The position numbers were made by a program, and so were the translations under genes. This document shows, piece by piece, positions 28,033-39,054 of a DNA stretch of 64,000 nucleotides. Source of the stretch: Phoronis australis (Eukaryota; Animalia; Phoronida); NCBI GenBank assembly GCA_002633005.1, contig NMRA01000155.1:641536-705535 (forward strand), given 5' to 3'. The first letter of the stretch is position 1. Every line of letters starts with the position of its first letter. The notes under the pieces are model-generated. The model did no database searches and was not told the origin of the DNA. It saw only the letters and a program-made list of their open reading frames with translations.

Positions 28033-28874
28033 AGTGTATGCCAATAACAGTGATAAGTAATTAAAAATTAAGTTCGGTACTGTAATTAAAAGTGGATCTG
28101 CATGTTGATTAATTGGTAATCTAGAGTGAATGAGGGCGACATCTGTCGATGGTTGACAGCACCTTTAGAACAAAATGATTAACACTATTCAAGGAGCCAC
28201 GCTTAACCGGCAAACATTTGATACATGTTGAAAATCGTATTTTTGGGAATTATGTAAAAGGTGAAAGGTCAGTACTTAATTGATCATGACCTATTCGTCA
28301 ATGATTAAGGCTGCTTCATTGACATACATCCGATAAATTTTGACGTAATAAACGACAACTGATGTACAGAAGACCCCGTGGAAAGGACTGATATCAACAT
28401 TTGAAAACCGTTCTCTGTCTGAAAACCTCATAAAACGTGGGATGTTTAATTGTGATTGTCTCTCCCTTGACTCTAGAAAAAGACGGGTGCCTTAACTTAT
28501 ACGAGTGTTGACAGGCTGTCCGATCAGTCATGGGGTACTGAGGTAGATCGCCGACGTCTGCTTCGCGGTGAAGGTTGGTCAAACCTCCGATCCGCCTTCA
28601 TCTGATCGTTCGACACCAAATCCGATGACAGATCTGCCCCCTAAAATGGACATTATCGGCTGAGATCGGCCTCAGCGCGGAATCAAACCTGGTGCCCACG
28701 TGGTACGCAGTCTAAAGCTCTGCTGACGGAGCTACATGTAAATGTAAATTGATTGGATAAATTGGCTTAAACCGTCGTCAGCGTTGGAGATTTGCCAATG
28801 CGCGCAAATGATGATTTTGCAGCTTTACAGCTCTAGCCAAAGCTAGAACCCTCTCCAATACAGCAATAATCTCC

Positions 28875-30564
28875 ACAAGAGCGGCCCACGAATGCACCGC
28901 AAACGGTGTGCTTCCAGGGGTGTTTATTTCTATCATAAAAAATGGCCACTAGATGGCGCAAAATACGTCGAATCCATCTGAAAAAGAGAACATGTCATCG
29001 CTTTTTAATAGATAGCTATTTATTGAATTTCATAAAAATCCGTAAAGGAACTTCAAAGAAACAGAAGAAAACGGAAAAAATGAGATTGACACTCGGGGGC
29101 ACAGCGTTACTCAGATATGACTGAAAGTCGTCGTCGTTCGTCAACTTCATATGAATACATTTGCTAAATTTAATTAAACACCCTACGGAGCGTTTAGGAT
29201 GAGATACAGCTATGGGCGCAAAAAACAAAACTGCCACTAGGGGGCGCTACAGTACTCAAAGTCATTGGAAAGTCGTCAGCCCCCTATTCACATTAGGAAC
29301 ATACATACCAATTTTCGAAATCACCATCCTTTGAGTGGTTTGGTTGACAGCGGGGCAGACGCCGAAAAACAGACTTGAAAATATTAAAATGGTCACTAGG
29401 TGGGACAAAATATCTTGAATTCAACCGAAAACCCGCAGAGGACAATGTCACCTCACTAATAGATACTTATTTGCTACATTTTATGAAAATCCGTTGAGAA
29501 CTTTTGAAGATACGGAGGTAAACATAAAAAACAAAAATTGTCACTAGGGGACACACCGATAATCCAATCAGTTCGAAAGTCATAGTTCTCTGCTTTCAAT
29601 TTCCTATAAATACACCAACAAAATTCCATAAACATTCTGTAGAGCATTTAGGAGATACAGCCATGAGCGCAAAAACAAACACAACTGCCACTAGGAGGCA
29701 CCATAGTAGTTGAAGTCATCAGAAAATCAACGCCAGCCGCCCTCCTCACAGTAAGAACATAATTGCCAATTTTCAAAATCATCCCTAGAGCGTTTGGTTG
29801 ATAGAAAGGCAGACGCCGAAAACAGACTCGAAAACAGTAAAAATTGCCACTAAGTGGCACAAAGTACCTCGAATCTGTCTGAAAACAAGAGCATGGCATC
29901 CTCTCACCAATAGATGCCTAACTGCCAAATTTTATGAAAATCCGTTGAGGATCTCCACAGATACAGAGGTAGGCGTAAAAAAATTAAATTGCCAATAGGG
30001 GGCACACCGGTAGTTAGAGAGGTCCGAAATTCGTCGCCATCCGTCGTCAGCTTCATAGAAGCCCATTTGCCAAATCTCAACAAGATCCTGTGAGTGGTGT
30101 AGGAGATACAGCCATGGGAGCAAAAAGGAACAAAACTGTCACTAGGAGGCGCCACAGTAGTCGAAGTCTTCGGAAAATCATTGTTCTTCACAGTAAGAAC
30201 ACATATTCCAATTTTCAAAATCATCCCTAGAGCGGTTTGGTAGAAGTGCGGACGCCAAAAACCAGACTCGAAAACAGTAAAAGACAGCCACTAGGTGGCG
30301 CAAAACACCTTAAAATTCATCCGAAAACGGGAGGATAAAAAACTAAAATTGCCACTAGGGGGCACAACTGTAGTCGGAGAGGTCCGAAATTTGTCGTCAT
30401 CCGCCGTCAGCTTCATAGGAGCAGGTCTGCCAAATCTCCTGTAAGGGGTTTAGGAGATACAGCTGCGGACGCCGGACACCGGACGCCAGACGCCAGGACG
30501 CCGGACGCCCAGACAGAGATGACGGCAATATGCGACCACATTAAATATGTGGGGGCATAAAAAT
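28875..30564 (-). mobile_element. Non-autonomous Helentron-like (HINE/DINE-1-like) element with internal ~150-bp monomers arranged in a ~450-bp higher-order repeat
   Basis: The minus-strand 5' end is TTTTTATGCCCCCACAT...ATGTGGTCGCATA followed by a (GGCGTCC)n microsatellite. The 3' end has the hairpin CACCGTTTGCGGTG and then ...CTCTTGT. Internal blocks repeat at 447-454 bp offsets. The family assignment is inferred from architecture only. Confidence 0.65.
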
Positions 30565-32433
30565 GCATTTTAGGCCGCAAAACCGATTAAGAACCTTTGT
30601 GCGCATGTAGGGCCTTATCGACAAGTCTGTGTATTTAGGCAAATAGATTTTAGCTCAGGTAAACTATAATCTTTCTTAAAGTACCGGAGAGCCTGTAGAA
30701 TATTATGAGTTTTGACTTTTCACCAATCCGCCAATAATTAGGTCACGTGTCCATACCTTTTTAATAAAATTTTGCCAAGAAGAAAGATACGTCCATAGCA
30801 AAACAACAGCATCCATAACACTGATGAACAAATTATGTTTGATATAAATGTTTAACAGTGGAATAATAAAAGCAGTGTTGCAGTTTTCTCAAGTATGATT
30901 TCGTTTTCGTTTCATGGGCAACTTTTTGATTTTTCATGAAAATCATCAAGTTCTATTTTGGTGTCCCCTCGTGCGAAAGTGGAGAGACATTTAAAAAACA
31001 ACATTGCTTTAGGGAGAATGAAAGTTTCATTTGAGTTCGATCAACAATTTTGAGATATGTTGTCACGGTACCGAAGGTACATGTACATGTAGTCAAACTT
31101 GAATGACTTTTTAGGGTCACGGTCATACATAACCCGTCAACGAAAAAAAACTAGAGAGATGTGAACATTTGTCTGTAATGCCTAAAGTGTAAATGGTAAG
31201 TAAAACGGATTGTGTAGTGATTATGCATCAAAGCGGAGGAGAATTCCGTTTTTAAAACGTCAGCGGGGGCATTTACTGATTACAATGGCGATTTATTGAG
31301 TCGGGTGTCAAAATGCCAAATGCTTCAGCCAACCCTTGGTCCAAAAACTAACACATCAGCAACACGTACATGTTTTCGTTCTAACAGCGTCATCCACATT
31401 CAGTAAGTGTACGTTTTGCCTGTCCCTTGGAAATGTTCGAGCGCCACAATGTTCAGCTTTTACTGGATTCATACATGTAGCAAGGTTTTGGCTGTGGACC
31501 CCGTGAATTGTACCTGTTCCGATTGCTATTAACGCGCCAAATGTTCAAAAACGCGTCATTGTCTACGGACACCTTATGCAAACAACTTGGTTATCGCAAA
31601 GGGTAATATAGATGCAGCGCGCATTATGTACGTGCTCATGGAAACATGTCTTTGCCTCAAGAAGCCGGTATAATGTAGGCATAAGGCTCTCAGGCTGTTC
31701 AGTGTTCAGGTGATCGCACGTGATTAATCAGAACATTCAACTTAGCATTTTGCATATTAGCATTTTGCATACTAATGTTATGCTAATTTCAATCCTAAGA
31801 CGATTAATTGTAGATACGACTGGCTGTGAATGCCCGTTTCTTCCTTATCTCTTTTGAAAATTCCACATTGTGAACACGGTAAACATTTCGACTCGGACCT
31901 GAAACCGACACAAAAAAGCGGGCTGGGGAAGGGCACCCACGATTTCTCCCATAGGCTAGTGGCCGACCAAATGGGAACTCGAACACTCTTCCTTTGAACA
32001 TTCAGCTACACCACGAAAGACCGTGCACGTGCAGTCAGGGTTCGTCAGGTCGCCAGGAAATATTACTCAGTGTTTTAACAAGGAGCCGACAGTTGTATGA
32101 CCACGGACACGCCGTGGGTTAGATAGCGTAACAATTTGGCAGCAAAGTTGTATTCAAATCACAAAAGCTTTTGGTTTCTCAAATTAGCCAAGCACCGTTT
32201 ATTTCAGAAAACGTGCCCTGCTGGAAAAAAACAACCAAAAAGCACTGTTCAGCCGGGAAATCGAGATTGTACCGCCCCTATTGGCTGAGAACGGAACTAC
32301 GTGGATTAAAGTAGGGAAAAACAGACTGAGGCAAAACTTAACAACAGATAGACACGGGCAAACTTCGAGAAGTTTTATTGATATTTCCGGGGATCTGTTT
32401 CATGAAAAGTGGCTTTAAAACTTATGTCAAAAA

Positions 32434-32628
32434 TGTGGTCTTATGCTCGACACAACTAGTATGAGGACTTACGCTCAACACAACTAGTATGAGGTCTTAT
32501 GCTCCACACAACTATTATGTGGTCTTATGCTCAACACAACTAGTATGTGGTCTTACTATGCTCAACACAACTAGTATGAGGTCTTATGCTCCACACCATT
32601 ATGTGGTTTCATGCCGCTCCACACAAGT
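32434..32628. repeat. Minisatellite, ~28-30-bp unit ATGWGGTCTTATGCTCAACACAACTAGT, ~7 copies
   Basis: Directly visible. Confidence 0.9.
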
Positions 32629-33502
32629 AGTTTTCGGTAAACCACATAAAGATAACCTTTGTGGTGAACTGGTCACCAAGCACACTGATTTGATAGATAC
32701 TGCCACCAACACTGGCAGGACTTTTCCCAGAGACAACAGTGGGAAAAAGAATGTAATATACAGAAGATAAGTTGTATAGCTCAAAAGTCCAAAACAAATA
32801 ACAATGCTTTTTTGTATACAGATGCGTCTCATAGCATAAATAATAAGAACTACGACTGCACTGTTCGTAAACTAGTGAGTATATTCAGAAAACAAAGCTT
32901 GGTTGGTATACAAACGTGTCTCACAGCGGCAATAAAAGTCACCAATAGCTGCACTGTTGGTGAATCATTGGTAATTAAAACGGCATTATCAGATTGAGGC
33001 TATTTAGGGTTTGCTTCGAGACTGTATGATCAGTAAACTGACAGTACAAAAGCATTTCTTAAATATCTTGAACAATATCATAATTATAAAACATTTTATT
33101 ACTATAACATAGTACTATACACCACCATAAATATGCAATTGAATTTCAAGAAAATTCAACTTATAGATATCAAGTAAAACAGTAAACAGATGCTCGAAAG
33201 AGTATAATTTCGAAGCGGAGACCGTTACATTTGTCATTGTGAAGCACATCAGTGTGTTCTAGCACATTTTTCAAACTTGTGTGGGTCTCCCAAAATGACA
33301 ATAAGAGTACGTGCAATGTGGCTGCTCCAGTCTCTTTTAGCTTTTTCTTCTTCAAGTCAGTCCTGGGTGTCAACAAGGTCAGAGGTCATAACCTGTTGGT
33401 GGTACTACGAGAATGTTTCCACCACTGTGAGAGACATACTGACCAGTCTGTTACTATTTCACAACGGTCAGGCACTAAGCATGCTCCACTATAATACATA
33501 CG

Positions 33503-35080
33503 CTATGCATCACCACCAGATGGCACTGCAGAGCTCCCAAACTGCTCTATTGTTTGTGTAACCAAAATTAGATGATCCAAGAAACCATTAACACACACAC
33601 GGAGTGTTCGAGCTTCTGGTGAAGAGAATTTGCTGAAAAAAGAGAACATGTCTTGAAAGCAAACACCAAGAGACATAACTGAATAAATAATGAAATAAAC
33701 AAAAACACCCTTGAAATGAGCCAGCCATGCACAACAGACAAACGCAGCCACTTAAACGCAGGCCTATTCTGTGTCACTTATAGGGAAGAAAGTTTGATAG
33801 TGGCCTAGACTAAAGTCATGTTGTGTTTGAGCTATTGTATGGAGAACAAACAGTCACGGAACGGACTTTGTGAGACCTCTGTCTTACAGCTGGTGCCCAA
33901 CCTGTCTGTTCCACATATTTTTTCTGAATATTACATATGCCCGATATCGGTGGACTGCATTTTCTTTGGGGTTAAATTGTATTTGTAACAAAGTTGTATA
34001 GGCCTGTTACCTATTGTGAGTGGTGCCACATGACTAGGCGTGCCTCCCAGTTCTGTAAGAACATGGACATACATAAATGTCACAAAAAACATGTCAACTG
34101 GTAGATATAACAGAGTTTCTAAGGAAGTAGAAATTTGTCAACATTTTCATTCCACTGGTCAATTCCAACATTGAAAGCAAAAAGAGGACAGCATGATGTA
34201 ATCAACTTACACAGAGAGGATGCATTTATCCGTACTTAATGTCTTTGTCACTTTGCTCCGCTTTGGTTCTGGGTCGACACGGAGGGTGTTGTAAGCAATC
34301 ACAGCATACTCAGGTGTAGGGAACGGTACACGCAGGTCACTTGGGCCAGTGTTAGGGAAATAGTTGCCAAGTATTTGCAGGAGTAGATCCACTAAATACA
34401 CATGTTCTGAGTCCCAGACACATTAATATTTATAAGGATGAAGACAGTTTAGTTTTAAGGTGTTTCTGTACAATTTGCCCTTGTTATACTTACACTGAAA
34501 TGCATTTTGAATATTTTTGTTGACTATAAAAATGTGAGGTCAAGCCAAAATCTAATTGTAAACCTTAGGAGCGGTGCATCTTATCACTGGTGAACATTTG
34601 TTATATAGTTATATCAATGAAATTTTCAATGCTAACACTACCAAATGCTAACACTACCAAATAATAAACAAAGCATTCTGCCAAAAAATAAAACAATGAT
34701 TTTCAAAGGCACTGATGCGTGGGATCTTAACAGGAATGTCGTCACTATGCAAGAATCTTGTGAAATAACAAGATCATGCAAGACCATGAAAAATCACACA
34801 AGCAAGATTGCAAAACCAAGCAAAATGTAGGCCACTGAAATGATTGGTCAGTGAAGTCCAAATGGCAGCCATTGAAATGATTGGTTAGTGATGTCAGAAT
34901 GTCAGCCACTGAAATGATAGGTCAGTGAAGTCAGAATGTCAGCCACTAAAATGATTGGTCAGTGAAGTCCAAATCAGTGGCGGCCATTGAAATAATTGAT
35001 CAGTGAAGTCTGAATGTCAGTCACTAAAGTGATGTCGGATATGTCAAATAATGCGACAAAATTCACCATTTTAGTTCCAT
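33503..35080 (-). CDS. LAGE3: EKC/KEOPS complex subunit LAGE3/Pcc1
   Basis: Exon 34339-34211 (DLRVPFPTPEYAVIAYNTLRVDPEPKRSKVTKTL) and exon 33632-33503 (KFSSPEARTLRVCVNGFLDHLILVTQTIEQFG) carry Pcc1 motifs. The first exon is tentative: 35080-35067 (MELKC, phase-2 GTGAAT donor), with an alternative in-frame ATG at 35104. Confidence 0.88.
34830..35035. repeat. Minisatellite, ~37-bp unit GCCACTGAAATGATTGGTCAGTGAAGTCAGAATGTCA, ~5.5 copies
   Basis: Directly visible, in the predicted LAGE3 intron 1. Confidence 0.9.
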
Positions 35081-35559
35081 AAATGAAGACTTCTTCCAGC
35101 ACATGCTTCGCGAGTGTTTTGGGTCTACGCAATGTAACTAAGTTCTTCAAACCAGACGCGTGACTGTGTGAACAAGTTGCACAATGCGAACACTGTGTCT
35201 GAACTGCTGAGTCACTGCTGACTGTTTCTTGTGTCATTGCTCAAGTCAAAAGCGTTTCTTAAACGTAAACTGAGAACTTGCGGTCATTGTGTACTGATAT
35301 GAGAGCTGAAAAGCCCCGGGGAGTAGATTTTCTACATTGGCCTTAAAACCAAAAACCATATGACACGTCAACACTCCTCAGGAGTGGTCAGGAGTTGTGC
35401 TTACAGCACGGAAGTGTCAACACCCAGACAACTGAGACGTGGTCGACTCGGGTTGAGGGTCAGGTGATGCGCTTGACCAGTAAAAAGGATAGGAATATTG
35501 TGACACGTGACTTCTGGGTGCAAACAAGAGTTAAATAAAGCCTCTCGTAATAGGCAATT

Positions 35560-35624
35560 GCCTCCTCGTCAAACGGTATGGACGCTCGGATCTTCAGTCT
35601 CACGCAGGCGGCCCGGGTTCGACT
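35560..35624 (+). pseudogene. tRNA(Glu/Asp)-derived SINE head or tRNA pseudogene
   Basis: A-box-like TCGTCAAACGG and TCTCACGCAGGCGGCCCGGGTTCGACT resemble the tRNA-Glu 3' half with a B box. There is a small insertion and no 3' acceptor strand. Confidence 0.5.
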
Positions 35625-35829
35625 TTGTCTTTGTCCACAATCCAGCCCGTTGCAGATGTTGAGAATCAAAGTGACTACCCCTTTGTTCACAAAACACTTC
35701 TTCCTCTCAAATACAACAAACGATCGCAGTATCGATCCTTATTTGTTAGCGCATGTTAGTATAAAACTGAGGTGTACATAACTGCGAAAAATAACGATAA
35801 AACAAAGTGCTGCTTAGTGCCAAGATACA

Positions 35830-36445
35830 ACAGGTTTTATTGATTACTGTATAAGATTGATGTTCAGGATGGGACATGTGAATATTTCTATTGTTTCTGA
35901 CGAATTGTGGGAGTCTATTCCAAAGTAAAATGGTAGATGGAAAGAAAGACTTAGTGTAGTATGCAGTGCGGATGTATGATCTTTCAAAGGTATGAGTGTG
36001 GGAGTTACATGATTTGGAGGTATATAGGAGTGGAAGGTATGAGTGAGGAATAGCAACCAGGTTATGGAGGGTCTTGTACAGAAGGAATAGTTTGTTTTGA
36101 GCTCGTCTTTCCTGGAGGGTGGGCCATTTGAGAGTTGTAAGCATGGATGAAACGGAGGAGTACCTTGACTGGTCATTTAAAACGAACCTGTCTGCTCTAA
36201 GCTGTATTTTTCTATTTTTTCAATATTTGTGCAAGTAGATGGATCCTAAACTGAGGAGGAGTATTCGAGTTTCGGTCTAACAAGTGAAGTGTAGGCAAGC
36301 TGGGCTTTCGTTTTTTGAGGAGCATATTTGAGATTTCGTTTAATGAAGCCAAGAATTTTGTTTGCCTTTGAGGTGATTGTGTCTATATGAGTGTTCCATG
36401 ATAAACTATTGGTGAGAGTGACCCCGAGGTATGGGGCATTTGACT
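35830..36445 (-). mobile_element. 5'-truncated non-LTR retrotransposon (CR1/L2-group LINE), ORF2 C-terminus, degenerate
   Basis: Minus-strand translation with a stop and a frameshift: PYLGVTLTNSLSWNTHIDTITSKANKILGFIKRNL...LAYTSLVRPKLEYSSSV*DP...LKWPTLQERR...LLYKTLHNLV...SFFPSTILLWNRLP. Confidence 0.9.
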
Positions 36446-37914
36446 TTGAATGAAGCGTTGTGTGTTTGGGGCACGTTTTCTGTGGATACTGTTGTGAATG
36501 TTGGTTTGTGTGGTCTCGTCTTTCGTGTTGTCTTGTGTGTTCGTGTTCGTCCGTGGGTTTCCGTCAGTGGCCGGATGTTGTAAGTTCTAGTTTTGTCACG
36601 TGACTGGGGAATCAAGAGCGCTCTGTTCGTGTGGCACTGCTGCACGCAGGACGTCTGCGTTTGTGGGTCTTCAACTCAAGCGTGTATTCAAGCTTTCATA
36701 TGAGTAAAGGTAAGCTGCACGAGAACCTGTGTATCGAGTCACAACATTTGGCGTAGTTGCTACGTGCAGTTTCTACCTTTACACCGAGTGGCGCGTAGTT
36801 CGAAATAACTTTCGTGGATTTGTTTTTCCTTGTCGCTCGGTACCACCCGTGTGGTAGCGGGTAGGTCACGGAACACGGGTGTTCAGCTGTTTCGTTTATT
36901 TATTTTATTATATTCTTCATTTTTCATTTTTGTCTAGTAAATATAATTACCATTAGTATCATTTTTTTGGTATTGTTATTTACTATTTAAGTCTTTTCAG
37001 ACCNGGCGGGAACACTTTTCGCTTCCCTAGTCAAATTCACACAGGGATACAAAAAATATTGTTGTCCCCAAGCCTTGGAACTGGTTAGGAACACAAACAT
37101 TTTTGCCATTCTAGTTGTTCTGATTTTGGTGATGTAAGGATATTATGCAGTAATTGTTTACAGTATGATGACATTGACCTACACACATGATTTTGGTGTC
37201 GTTCGAGTCCACCTTTCGTTCTCATTCCAAAAATATGTGAATCTGTCCCCTACCACGTTTCCTCACTATTGTATTGTCAGATTACTGTCCGTGCTATTTC
37301 CCGGTTTACACCGCCGTGTTCTCTCAAGAGTACAGTGACACCTGCTGATAATGAATGAAACAGCATCATGGATTTTTAATGGTGTTTGCCCGCAAGATTC
37401 CCCCTAAAGGTTTCCTGAGGTATCATGGAACAAGCTGTAACATTTCACCTCTTCCAAAAGTGTTTAGAATTGTGATCATTTCTCCCATTATCCATGAAAT
37501 TGTCTGACGTGGTACCCTTTTTACGAAGTTGAACCTGAAAAACAACCCTTTTTTGCCACAGGCATCCTCAGCTTCTGATCGTCCCCAATACACTGCATGT
37601 TCATACTACAAGGTATGACACTCGGGACAAGGAATTCCACGGGTGCTTCACTTCAGCGTCCATATCAAACACAAAATTCAATAAATTTACACAAAACAGT
37701 GGTTCAGCAAAGCATGAGCAATTGTTCTTTCTTCTGATAGCATTTACATAATCCTGCTCCAGCGAGTTCGCATCAAATTCGCGGTCAAACAACTAAATTC
37801 TTCCCAAAAAGCCGCTACGTACTGTCAATGTGCCTGTACGGTATTATCCAATGAGCTACAGGTGGATGGCAATTGCCGGTGTATCACAGAAGGTTACAAA
37901 TAAGTGTTATTGAT

Positions 37915-38424
37915 CAGGGCTTGGATTTTTCCGCGGAAACGCGGATTTCCGCTTTTTTCAAATGTGCTTTCCGCTTTTTTTATGATATTTCCGCGTAAAA
38001 AAATCGGATTTGATATAAAATTTCCGCGGCAAATTCCTTTCTTACCGCGGCGTTGCAGACGACGTTCACCTCGAAAAGCGGAAGTTGCTCTTTATGTTTC
38101 GGAGGAACGTAAATTGTCAACATTGCCGGGGCATCTGTGACATCGTGGTGGGATTTTCAATGGCGTCTCGTGTTTTTGTTAAGCGCGGCGACAAATACTA
38201 CCGCTCTGCAGCCAAAAATGTGTGGGTTGGGAGTGGATGCGCGAGCTAAAAGGACGCAGACGCATGCTACTGATGGTGGTAACGTTTTTTTTTTTTTAGT
38301 CCTCCCGATTTTTGTTGGGGAAGGTTCACATTGATCATTTCAAGGCTGGTTATCGGGCATGATTTGGGCCGTAAAAAAGTTTCAAAGTTTCCGCGTTTTT
38401 TGTCATTGGTCATTCCAAGCCCTG
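37915..38424. mobile_element. Non-autonomous DNA transposon, 11-bp TIR CAGGGCTTGGA, 7-bp TSD TATTGAT
   Basis: TATTGAT|CAGGGCTTGGA...TCCAAGCCCTG|TATTGAT, with subterminal TTTCCGCG repeats. Confidence 0.85.
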
Positions 38425-39054
38425 TATTGATGTCGTGACCTTCCGTGACAAATCGGTAATTTCCGTTTGGCACATTGACAGTACGCAGCGGCTTTTTGGG
38501 AAGATTTTTGTGCTTTGACCGCGAATTTGTTGCGAAATCACTAGAGCAGGACACTGTAAATGCTATCAGAAGAAAACAATTGCTCATAGTTTGTTGAACC
38601 CCTATTTTGTGTAAATTTATGAAGTGTAAATTTATTAAGTTATGCGTTTGTTATGGATGGCTAGTCTTGAGTGTCATACCTTGTAATATATATAGTGTAT
38701 TGGATTGAAGACGATCAGAAGCTGAGGACGCCTGTGTTTTCTGCACGTTTTTGTTAGCGGATGCGTACCAGGGTCACCATAGGAATTGAGCCATTGGCAC
38801 CATAGCTCAGGTCCGGGGTCAACTGGTCTTGGTGAGTTTGAACTTCTTGAAGAGCGCAACTCTGCAGAATATGGATGTTAGTTCAATTTTGTTTTGGGGC
38901 TGATATGCGGTCCCAAAATTTGAGCATTGAGAGCCTTGACCTACATTTCTAGTCCTTTATTCATTGGTGTGGCACACATTCTTCAAACAGTGGTAAACGT
39001 GCTATTTTATCAGTTAAAAGAGCCCTGTTTTATGTCTCTTTTCTTTATTTCCAG

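Noticed and set aside
35560-35624. Functional tRNA gene
   Set aside because: The cloverleaf cannot be completed: no 3' acceptor strand and an insertion before the anticodon arm.
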